Positions 26,538 through 36,800 of a DNA stretch of 39,440 bases are shown here, piece by piece (within the stretch, counting starts at the first letter, position 1; every line of letters starts with the position of its first letter). Under the pieces are notes generated by a model, which worked only from the letters and a program-made list of their open reading frames with translations, was not told where the DNA came from and ran no database searches. The stretch spans positions 372,001-411,440 of the forward strand of contig JAXGZF010000006.1 in NCBI GenBank assembly GCA_040771865.1. Reading direction: 5' to 3'. The stretch is from Desulfobacterales bacterium. GTDB taxonomy: Bacteria; Desulfobacterota; Desulfobacteria; Desulfobacterales; UBA2245. A program made the position numbers and the translations under genes.

Positions 26538-27938
26538 ATGGAGAAAAAAAACCAAAGCTGGTTGCATCGCCTCTTTTTCCGCAACCGCATTACCAAGGAA
26601 GACTACGCCCGAATCGAGGACGAAAATACCCCTCCGCCGGAACTTCCGATTCGATTTGCCGACAGCCGCCGGATCATCGGGTCGGGGCTGTTCATTATCC
26701 TTCTGTTTTTCGGCATTGGCGGAACCTGGGTCGCCGTGGCACAGATCACCGGAGCCGTTATTGCTTCCGGCGAGGTGCGCGTCGACACTGAGCGCAAAAC
26801 CGTTCAGCATCTTGAAGGCGGCATTATCAAAGACATTCTGGTACGGAACGGCGATCATGTCGAGGCCGGCCAGCCGCTTCTGCTGCTGGACAGCTCGCGG
26901 GTCGTATCCGCCAGCGACCAGCTGCGCATTCAGATCGTCGCCGCCCAACTCGACGAGGCCCGCCTGAATGCCGAAAAAAATCTGAATACCCGTGTTTCCT
27001 GGCCGCCCAATGATCCCGAGGTTCCGTCGCATAAATACAAGGAACTGCTGGAATCAGCCCGCAAGGTCTTCTCTTCAGGCCGCGAAACGCTCGAAAACAA
27101 AATCGATCTGCTGCACAACCAGATCGATCAGATAGAGCAGCAGGATCTGAGCATCGCCGGTCGCCTCAAGGCCGAACAGCAGATCGTCGCGGCCTTGCAG
27201 GAAGAACTCGATGCCAAGCTGATTCTGTTCGAGGAGCAGTACATCGACAAAACCCGCATACTTGAACTGCGCCGGGCCATTTCCGAACATCAGGGCCTTC
27301 AGGCCCAGCTTCAAGGGAGTCAGGCCGAACTGCGAGAAAAAAAGGCTGAGTTTCAGCTGCGCGTCAGCACCCTCGAAAACGAATACCGGCAGGGGGCGAT
27401 TACCCGCATGTCCGAGGTTCAGCAGCGCCTGTTCGATCTTCAGCAGCAGCTTCTGCCCCTTCTTGACGCCCGTCAGCGCCTTACCGTCTCCGCACCCGTA
27501 TCCGGAGAGATTGTGGCCCTGCAGGTTCATTCCAGAGGAGGGGTCATCAGTCCGGGCCAGCCGCTCATGGACATCGTCCCGAAAGACAGCCCCCTGATCG
27601 TCGAATGCTACATCATGGTTAACGACATCACCCACCTCTTTAAGGGACAGCTGGCCGACGTCGAGCTGCTGGCCTTCAAACGACGCACCACGCCCAAAAT
27701 ACCCGGAGAGGTGGTTTACATCTCGGCGGACCGCATTGCGCGGAAGACCGCTTACGGCGAACAGCCGGCTTACATCGTTTATGTCGAACTCGATAAGCAG
27801 GAGCTGGCGAAAAACGACCTCTATGTTTCGCCCGGAATGCCTGCCGCCGTGTTTATCCGCACCGAACCGAGGACAGTGCTGGATTATATTCTGCAACCCC
27901 TGACGGCCAATATTGACCGAGCCCTGCGCGAGAACTGA
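26538..27938 (+). CDS. prtE: Type I secretion membrane fusion protein (HlyD/PrtE family)
   Basis: TM helix, GAVIASG, KTVQHLEGGII, long coiled coil, APVSG, GGVISPGQPLMDIVP, PGMPA and RTVLDYILQP. Confidence 0.93.
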   Translation: MEKKNQSWLHRLFFRNRITKEDYARIEDENTPPPELPIRFADSRRIIGSGLFIILLFFGIGGTWVAVAQITGAVIASGEVRVDTERKTVQHLEGGIIKDILVRNGDHVEAGQPLLLLDSSRVVSASDQLRIQIVAAQLDEARLNAEKNLNTRVSWPPNDPEVPSHKYKELLESARKVFSSGRETLENKIDLLHNQIDQIEQQDLSIAGRLKAEQQIVAALQEELDAKLILFEEQYIDKTRILELRRAISEHQGLQAQLQGSQAELREKKAEFQLRVSTLENEYRQGAITRMSEVQQRLFDLQQQLLPLLDARQRLTVSAPVSGEIVALQVHSRGGVISPGQPLMDIVPKDSPLIVECYIMVNDITHLFKGQLADVELLAFKRRTTPKIPGEVVYISADRIARKTAYGEQPAYIVYVELDKQELAKNDLYVSPGMPAAVFIRTEPRTVLDYILQPLTANIDRALREN

Positions 27939-28008
27939 GAGAAAGAAGCAATTCCGAGGCCTTCCGGTCCGGCCGGTTTTCAAACGGCACGAAAGGATTA
28001 AACAAACC

Positions 28009-29319
28009 ATGATCAAAGCCCGCTTTTTTCCGATTGTTGCCTGTCTGCTTCTGACATGCATCGGGACGGCGGCCCATGCCGATCCGTTGACGCTCGAACA
28101 ATGCATCGAACGCGGTCTGTCGCAGAACCCTGAAGTGAAAGCCTACACCCTGGCCATCGATGAAGCGGATCAGGAAATCAACGAGGCCAAGGGCGCCTTT
28201 CTGCCCACCCTCGGTTTTAATTACAATCTCACTCAGCTTTCCAACGGCAACAGCAACGAGACCGACAGTGATTATCTCGACCAGAACAGCGACAGTTTCA
28301 GCGTCCGGCTGACCCAGCCTCTTTTCACCGGTCTGGGCGGCGTCGCCGGACTGAAGAAAGCCCGCCAGTCCAAGCGGTTCCGACAGTACGAGCTGAAATA
28401 CGTCGAGCTTAAACTCGTGCACGGGATCCGCACCAGTTTTTACGACTGGATTCACGCGCGCCAGCGTGCCGAACAGTGGCGTGAGTCGGTCCGGCGACTG
28501 GAGCAGCAGAGCGCCATCGCGGCCGCCTGGGTGGAGCAGCAGCTGGCACCGCGCCTCCGTCTGCTCGAGATCGGCGTTGAGCTTTCCAATGCCCGGCACG
28601 AGCTGATCCGGACCTGTTCCGAGGAAGCCATTGCCGAGGCCAGGCTCCGTGAATGGCTGGCCGCAGCTCCGGACGAGCCTCTGGATATCAGCGGCAGTCT
28701 GGACTGCGAAATGACCGATCTGTGCGTCAGCCTGGAGGATTGCCAGGCCCAGGCGATGGAAAAACGTCCGGAGCTCGTTCTGGCCCAGTTGAACATCGAT
28801 ATGACCCGGCAGGAAGCCAGATCCATTCTGGCCCGGAACCTACCCCACGCCCAGATTGACGCTTCCTGGGTCGACTTCAATCGCGATTACAATGAATTGG
28901 AATATAGCGATTTAGATCGCGATTATTACAGCGTGGGCCTCAGCCTCAGCTTCAGTCCGTTCCAGGGCGGCCGCAACCTGTCCGCCTGGCGCAGAGCCCG
29001 AATCGCCGTCGACCGGATGGCGCAGCGACTGGTCCATCAGCGGAACGCCATTATGTCCGAGGTTGAAACCGGTCTTCAGCAGCTTGCCGAAAGCCGGGCC
29101 CGCATACTGAATGCCGAGGATACGCTCAACGAAGCACGCGCTGCGTATCAGATGGCCTCCAGGTCAGCCGAACTGGGCGTCGTTTCCTTAAATGAGCTTC
29201 TTGATGCCGAACTGCGCCTGACCAACGCCGGGATCAAACTGATCAATTCGCGTTATGCCTTGTGTCAGGCCCAGGTTCAGATGGATTTCGCTCTCGGCAA
29301 TTTAACGGGCGTCAATTGA
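28009..29319 (+). CDS. tolC: TolC family outer-membrane channel
   Basis: Signal peptide MIKARFF...AAHA, then LTLEQCIERGLSQNP, FLPTL, LTQPLFTG, RPEL and GVVSLNELLDAE. Start at ATG 28009 after aagga. Confidence 0.9.
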   Translation: MIKARFFPIVACLLLTCIGTAAHADPLTLEQCIERGLSQNPEVKAYTLAIDEADQEINEAKGAFLPTLGFNYNLTQLSNGNSNETDSDYLDQNSDSFSVRLTQPLFTGLGGVAGLKKARQSKRFRQYELKYVELKLVHGIRTSFYDWIHARQRAEQWRESVRRLEQQSAIAAAWVEQQLAPRLRLLEIGVELSNARHELIRTCSEEAIAEARLREWLAAAPDEPLDISGSLDCEMTDLCVSLEDCQAQAMEKRPELVLAQLNIDMTRQEARSILARNLPHAQIDASWVDFNRDYNELEYSDLDRDYYSVGLSLSFSPFQGGRNLSAWRRARIAVDRMAQRLVHQRNAIMSEVETGLQQLAESRARILNAEDTLNEARAAYQMASRSAELGVVSLNELLDAELRLTNAGIKLINSRYALCQAQVQMDFALGNLTGVN

Positions 29320-29392
29320 TCTTGCCCGAAGTTTCCATGCTTTAGCGGGAATAAAAGGTCCGGAATCTTTTGCGGGGTCGCCGTAATTACTA

Positions 29393-29440
29393 TCCCAATA
29401 TATTGTTGTAGATATCGGCAGTTAAAACAATATGCTGAGG
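29393..29440. promoter_or_regulatory. Tandem NrdR-box-like palindromes
   Basis: tcccaatatattgttg (29393-29408) and aaacaatatgctgagg (29425-29440) are 32 bp apart start to start. They resemble the acaCwAtATaTwGtg consensus. Confidence 0.4.
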
Positions 29441-29687
29441 CGCCAGGCTTTCCTCAGGGCCTGTTGCATGCGCGGCGGGTATTCGAAAAACAGGGGGGGC
29501 GACGGCCTGAGAAGCCATCTCAACAATACCGCATCTTCCTGAATGCCGTAATATCTTTGAAATTCGCTTGACAACACGATTGAAAAGCGCTTAAAAGTTC
29601 ATATTGACATAATCGGATTCAGCGTTTTAAAGAAAGTCAATCTGCTCTAGCCGTCGCGCATGTGAGCATATTATCAAGGAGACAGTG

Positions 29688-29915
29688 ATGTCGGTCAATC
29701 CAACCGTAGTTCAAATCGAAACGAAAATGTTTACTCCGGCTCTTCAGCAGGCAATGAAACAGGCCCAGGATGCCGGACACAGCTTTCGAGATGCCGTCAT
29801 GGGCGCCACAAACGCCCACCTGAACATGCTGGTTGAGCTGGTTGGCACGAAAGAAGCCAAAGCGATTCTGAAAGGTCAGATAGCTTTTCTTGAAACCCAG
29901 CCGTCTGATGAATGA
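29688..29915 (+). CDS. 75-aa hypothetical helical protein
   Basis: RBS aaggag at 29676-29681, ATG 29688, TGA 29915. Two TTGACA hexamers lie upstream (29568, 29604). No family recognised. Confidence 0.65.
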   Translation: MSVNPTVVQIETKMFTPALQQAMKQAQDAGHSFRDAVMGATNAHLNMLVELVGTKEAKAILKGQIAFLETQPSDE

Positions 29916-30555
29916 TTTATGATTCATTTAAAAAATATCGTTGCAATCATTTCATGTTTGGTCTATTTTAACCAAAATAAGTTAACAAAGCGGTTGATCC
30001 GTCAAGGCCGGGTTGGAATTTTTCAGGTTGTCGCGCGGAATTTCAGACAGGCTTTGGCGTTTGAAATCATCGCCATGGACGCAGGCGTCAATACGCAGAG
30101 TATTTAGTACCTGAGTTTGTTCAGAAGGCAGTGTATTTTAGGTTGCCGCTCTTTTACAGTCATAGTTTGTTTAAAACCATACGGGCGCGGGCGGCGAATT
30201 GTTGCGCAGGCCGGGCGGCATGTTATTTCAGTTCAAAGCCCGGTTGAACTGGTATCGGATTTTAGAATCTCTTGCGCCTTTAAGCCGGATGCGGTTCGGT
30301 TGCGGGAACTGCCTGACGGGGAAAAGCGCCATTGAGATCGCTTTTGCGGCTTGGCGCATGGTTCGGGCCGCTTTTGCCGGCGATAAACCCCAGCCCGATT
30401 TCCTGCGCAATCATCGTGCGCACCCGCCGCATCGTAAAAAATGAGTAAAGGATTTAAGGATATTGCCAATAAAACCAAATAAAGCCGAATATTATTTCAG
30501 GGTTGCGGGCCTCAGCAGGGAGCCGTGGCAAACGGATCGGGGCCATGGAGCATAA

Positions 30556-30601
30556 AGGCCCGGGGGATTGCCTGATTTCTAATCTCGGCCTGATTTTTTT
30601 T
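30556..30601 (+). terminator. Possible intrinsic terminator upstream of the giant-gene promoter
   Basis: Bulged stem aggcc..gggatt / aatctc-ggcct followed by an 8-T run (30594-30601). Confidence 0.35.
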
Positions 30602-30674
30602 GAAAGCAGGGTTGCAATTCCAGAGGAAGGATATGCGGCAACTCTGCCTTTAAAAAATCGGCCTATGTATATTT

Positions 30675-30737
30675 GCACAAAAATCTGAGGAAATTTGTGC
30701 GGATGTGTTGACAATTGCGGTGAGTAAGTGTTATTTG
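30675..30737 (+). promoter_or_regulatory. Candidate promoter with upstream inverted repeat for the giant surface protein
   Basis: GCACAAA-N12-TTTGTGC (30675-30700) sits just before a perfect TTGACA (30708-13). Imperfect AT-rich -10 region at ~30731-37. Confidence 0.45.
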
Positions 30738-30754
30738 AGCAAAATGATTATTGT

Positions 30755-30784
30755 CAGGAAGAGAAAACAGGAAGAGAAAACAGG
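30755..30784 (+). repeat. 13-bp tandem direct repeat in the 5' leader
   Basis: caggaagagaaaa occurs twice, followed by cagg. ttgtcagga also occurs at 30751 and 30786. Confidence 0.85.
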
Positions 30785-30822
30785 TTTGTCAGGATAAATC
30801 CATTCAAAAAGGAGAGAATAAA

Positions 30823-33800
30823 ATGACTGCATTTTACGAAGGTTATTACCTGGCACAGAACCCTGATGTTGCCAAAGCGGTTAATGCCGGACTGATCGGA
30901 TCCGGTTGGGAGCATTATGTAAATTGGGGAGCGGCGGAAGGCAGAAGCTACGCCGAACCGCAATATTACGATTCTTTCAATGAAGTTTACTATCTGGCCA
31001 AATACCCCGATGTCGCAAAGGCCGTCAATCTCGGCCTGATCGGGACCGGCTGGGATCATTACGTGAATTGGGGCGCCCTGGAGGGCAGAGACGGCGCCAT
31101 TCCTCCGGCCGGCTATGATGATTTCAGCGAAGAATACTACCTGGCCAGGAATCCCGATGTGGCCAAGGCGGTCAATGACGGCATTATCGGCTCCGGCTGG
31201 GAGCATTATGTAAATTGGGGAGAGGCGGAAGGCAGAAGCTTTGCCGCGCCGTCAGGCTATGGCGACTTCAGTGAAATCTACTATCTGGCCAACAACCCCG
31301 ACGTGGCCGCCGCTGTTCAGGACGGCTATTACGGCACCGGCTGGCAGCATTACTCGGAGATCGGACAGTCTGAAGGCAGAAGCTATGCTGCGCCGGCGGC
31401 TGTCAATGGCGCGGTGCTTCAGTCGGATGCGTTGCCGGATATACCGATTCCGCCCGCCACGGGCAATCTTTTCACCCTTTCCGAAATTGTGGTTGAAGAG
31501 GAAGGCACTTCGGATGTCATCGAGATTTACTGGGGATACACGCCCCACCAGTACGGCCCTAACGATGGGGACGACGTGAGCCGCGGCATTCCCGTCGAGG
31601 ACCTGCTGAGCTTCCTCACGGCCATTACCGGCCTGGACCTCTACGAGCTGGGTCTGATCGACGACGACGGTCTCGGCCCGTTCGACAACGTGACCAGCCT
31701 GTCGTTGAGCAACCCGCTCAGTTCCACCACGGAAGGGGATGCCACGAACGCGGATGGAGGCAATGCGGACGATGAAAGCATTGCCGGCGGCGCCACGAAT
31801 GTCCAACTGGTAATAAACTACGCCGACGGCACCTCGATGTCCTTCAACGCCGAGGCGTTTCTGGGCGAGCAGTACTTCTACTTCCTGCAAAACCTGCTGT
31901 TCTACACCGACGAGGACGGCCTCCTGCAGTCCCGTCTGTTTGAAAGGGTTGTCGAGGAAGGCACGAGCGACTCCGAATATCTCGAACCGATCATCCTGAC
32001 TCCGGTCATAAACAACGGCGGCACCCTGGAACCCGGCTACACCTCCAACGCCGACGACACCATCGTTGCCGGACGTCTGGAGCTGCTGCACCAGGCCTAC
32101 ATCGACGCCGGACTGGGCTACGACATTCTGGAAATCGACGCCAAGGGCATCTACGCCCAGCCTCTGGAGCTGCTGAACATCGAGGAAATCCGTGTTCAGA
32201 ACCTGCCCAATGTCTATACCACCGATGATTTTGACGAGCTCGGGGGATACGTGGGCTACTCCACCTATCCGTGGCTTTCTGAAGACTGTGACAACGGCTT
32301 TACCAACAGCTACGTTGACCTGAGCCGCGCCACCAGCATCGAGAAGCTGGTTGTGAACGAGGCATCTTATTCCAACTATAATCCTTTCGGCATCGAACTG
32401 GGAACCCTGTCCATCGTCGGCGTCCGCAACAACGCCACCCTTCGCCTCGAAGGCGGTTTTACCGAGGATGTGGTTGTATCATACGCTCAGGGCCTGACCG
32501 GCTGTCTGAATGTCGAGCTGGCGCTGGGCGCCGTTGAGAGCGACATCTACATTCTGCAGAACGCCGCGGTGCTCAACATCGATTCTCAGGGCTATGAAAA
32601 CTATATGCGCGGCTTCTTTGTCGGCGGCCACGTCACCAGCTTGTTCATCACCGGAACAGGCGCTTTCGGCGTTGGCGACGACATGGCCGACAGCTTCCAC
32701 ATGAGCCGTCCCGTCCTTATCGACGCCAGCGAGAACACCGGCGGCATCGACATCACCATAGGCTACCACGAAGACAACATCACCGTTATCGGCACGATTG
32801 CCCGCGATGAAGTGGACGTTTATACGGATTTCGGCGACGTGACGGTCGCCGTGGACGAGGGCGCCAACGTCGTCTATGCCGAGACTTACGAAGGCAACGT
32901 GCTCGTCACCGCAGGATCTGCCAGAGACTATATCGAAGCCTATTCGGATTATGGCGACGTTACGGTTGAAGCAGGCGACGGACAGAACTACGTCGATGCG
33001 TATGCCGATGAGGGCAACGTACTCGTCACCACCGGGTCCGGCGCAGATGAAATCTACGCCGAGGCCTATTACTGGGGCAACGTCACGGTCGACGCCGGCG
33101 AGGGCAACAACTACATCTATGCCGAAACCGATGAAGACTGGGGCGACGACACCTCCGGCAACATCGAGATCACCGCGGGCGCCGGCAACGACTCCATCTA
33201 TGCGGAGACCGAGGAAGGCGACATCGCGATCAACGCCGGCGGCGGAACCAACTACATCGAGGCGTGGACCTATGCATACTATGAAGGCGCCGGCAATATC
33301 GACATCACTACCGGCGCGGGCAAAGACACGATCTGGGCCGGTACGGACAATTATTATGGAAATGTGACGATCGATGCGGGCGCAGGCGACAACTGGATAG
33401 ACGCCTACACCTACTATGACGATCTGTCGATTACCACCGGCGCGGGCAACGACATCATTTACGCGGAAGGCGGCGATCCGGATAATTGGTCGTGCGACGC
33501 GACAGTGACCATCGATTCAGGCGCCGGCAACGACAACATCTACGCCGAGGGTTACTCCAACAGAGTGCTGGTAACGGTCAATTCAGGCGACGGCTTGGAT
33601 CAGATTCAGATCCGCGCGTACAAGTCTGTCGTAAATGCGGGCGCCGGTGACGACACTGTTGTGGTAGACGGCACGGGCGAATATTCAACGTTCACCATTG
33701 ACGCCGGCTTGGGAGAGGACACGATCATCCTTAACGACGGGGTGACTGCAGGCGACGGCTCCAGCATTTCCGGCGCCGAGACGATCATCGTCTCCTCGGA

Positions 33801-36800
33801 CAGCGACCTCACCCGCGCGACGTTGACCGGCGTTGCCACCGTGCAACTCCTGGATGATAGAGAGCTTACCTTAACTGCCGAGCAATTCAGCGCGCTTGGC
33901 GCTGGCGCCTTTATCGTTGAGGACGCGTCTTTCGGCGACGAGGCCGAGATTAACATCAAGGTCACGGAAGATTACACGCTGGGCGATGTGTCTGGCCTGG
34001 GAGAAAACATCCGGCTGACGTTCGACATTCTGAACGGCGCCAGGCTGACGCTGACGGCCGAACAACTCCACTACTATGTGGCGGAGGACGGCATCGACTC
34101 AACCGACGGCCTGAACGGTGGGGTGACGATCACCAACGCCGGTATGGATTTCGACGCCTTTGACAATGGTCCTGACTATCAGGTGGACGACGGCGGCACG
34201 CTGTCCGACACCTTTGCTACTAGCGACGACGTTATTATTCTGCGCAGCCCCGACGGATTCGACCGGCCCGAACCGGAAGACTCGATGGATATCACCGAGA
34301 TCGATTCCGATGTCACTCCGGTCATCTCCGACCCGATCATTCTGGGCGACAACGTGGACAACGCGACGCTCCTCAAGATCGTCGGCGGCCAGGATATCCT
34401 CTTTGAGGACGGCGCTTACGTGGATCTGGGCGGCTACGGAGACTCCATCGACTTCTCCGAGCTCAGCGGCACGGTCACCGGCCTGACGGTCAAACATTTT
34501 GACAATATCGGCGGCGTGGAGGGCAACAGCACCGGCACGCGCATCGATGTCGAACTGACCGGCAATGTTGGCAGCTCCACGCAGGGCCTGGTTACCAGCG
34601 GCGTTGAAACCTACGTGGTAACGGCTGTTGATACAGATGACGATGGAAACATCACTGAAAACGAAACCGCCACCATCTGGCTCTGCGATGACGCTCAGGA
34701 TCTGGAAGTGATCGGCCTGCAGGGCAATGGCGGCAACACCCTGATCATTGAACAAATTCCGTGGGGCCTTGTGGCGCCGACCATTCTGCTGGAAGGCGAC
34801 GGCTATGCCGACTGGAACCAGGGTCTGAAGGTCGACGGCAATCCGAACGCCTCCGACATCGGAAACATCGAGTTCAATTTCTTCTATCCCGGCGCTCCGG
34901 CGGTGGTCAACATCAACAACGGCGGCGTGGAACTGGGCGTTACCTCGACAGGCGGCGAGCGCTTCTTTGATATCGGGTATATCGAAATGAGCAATGCGGC
35001 CTCCCTGACGATCAATGTGACCGAAGGCGATGCGGTGATAGAATCTATCGACAACGATATGGACCTTAAGACCCTGACGCTGACGGCCACGGAGGATCTG
35101 ACCATTAGCGAGGATCTGCGGTTCCTGACCGCCATCGACGGCACCGGCGTGGTCGGTCATCTGACCCTGACCATCGATGACGACCTCTACAACGGGCCCT
35201 TTACCTTGACGGCCGGCGACGGCGGTTTGACCCTGACCCTCGACGGCTGGTACGCCCAGACGGCCGATTTCGCAGATTGCGTCATCGACGCGGGCGCGGG
35301 AATGGGAACCCTGATCATCGACGGCGATTTCGATCTCTCCGGCGCGGATCTGATCAATATCAACAGCCTGGTCCTGGAAGACGATGCGACCGTGTGGCTG
35401 TCCATGTCGCAGTCCGACGCCATCGGCGCGGCCAACATCGTTCTGGCCGAAGACGCGGACAACGCCACCCTGAATCTGTCCGGACTGGACGGCGAGCCCT
35501 TTGCGGTTGCCAACTACGCGGATGGCATCGACATCAATCTGCTTCGGCTGATCGACGCGGATGTGACTCTGCATGCGCTTACCGACCTGCACCAGATCGA
35601 CGGGCTCGAGGTGGCGGAAGGCAGGACCCTCACGCTGACGGCGACGCAGTTCCAGCAGTTGGTTGCAGCAGGCTCGCTGGATTGGTATGAGACCGACGGC
35701 AATCCCGCCACGGGCGGCTTTAATGTGGTCATCACCGACCTGACCCAGGCGGCCGTGGACTACGATGAGAACGGAGACGGCGTTGCCGACGGATTCGATC
35801 TGTCCGGAATCGACGACGATGCGACCGTTGTCATCAACATGACCGAAGACGTGACGCTGACATCCGGCATGAGTTTCGGCAACTATCTGGAAAACGTCAC
35901 CGTGAACATGGGCGACAACATGACCCTGACCCTGGCCGACATTCAGCAGGCCGACGGTCTGACGGTCAACGGCGGTGCCGGCAGCGTTCTGAAGTTCACC
36001 GACACCTATGCGGGCATGTTCGAGAGCATCGACGCCTCCGGCTTTAACGTCGACTACCTCATGGTGCTCAACGTCCTCATCGATGCCCGGAACATCGATC
36101 TGATGTTCTATGACCTGCCCGAGTCGGTAATCAAGTACGTCTACAACGATCTCGGCTTTGTGGGCACGGTCGATCAGATCATGACGATCGAAGAAGGCAC
36201 CTCGATTCCGGGCTTTGTCGTCGTCAATCCGCCCTCCGAAGAGACCGAGCTTTCGAGTCTGACCCTGAACATGATGGGCGGCACCGAGATCGCGGGCAAC
36301 CTGCGGATTTCGACCACGGCGAAGGACGATGATCTGATTCCGGCGTACCTGCGGACCCTGGTCATCAACTCCGAGGGAACGGCGGAAAACCTGATCACCG
36401 GAGAGACGGCCAACGTCATCGCCGGCGACATCACGCCGATGGGAAGCGGTTATCAGGTGGTCTACACCAGCTACAACAACAACCTGCTCGACGTTGAAAT
36501 CAACGCCACGCAGGAGCTGATCGTCGAAGGCTCGATCATCTTCAACTCCAACACGGCGAGTGATGCTCCGTTCGATTCAAACTACTGGGAAGACGGCATC
36601 ACGGCCAACGATCAGGATCAGGCAACGGCGACCCTGACCGTTACCGGCACGGCCGATGTCACCATCCAAGAGCTGGACGTCGATGATCCGGACATTCAGA
36701 CCCTGAGCATCGCCAACGACGGAACCGGCACGTTGACCATCACCGGCGCCTCGCCCGCCATCGACGGCGAGAAGCCAGGCTCTGCCCCCGACTGCATTGA

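Noticed and set aside
15033..28008. Longer starts in the ORF track for rfbC (15033), wzt (16438), the hypothetical gene (23441) and tolC (27913)
   Set aside because: These extensions overlap upstream genes. The downstream starts have an RBS, translational coupling or a proper signal peptide.
30525..30575. c-di-GMP-I (GEMM) riboswitch suggested by ggcaaac...aaaggcc...attgcc
   Set aside because: There is no pairing GNRA hairpin after GGCAAA and no second stem with a receptor. An Infernal search would settle it.
29919..30714. Short ORFs of 60-86 aa in the intergenic region before the giant gene
   Set aside because: They overlap one another, lack clear RBSs, mostly use non-ATG starts and show no protein-like motifs.
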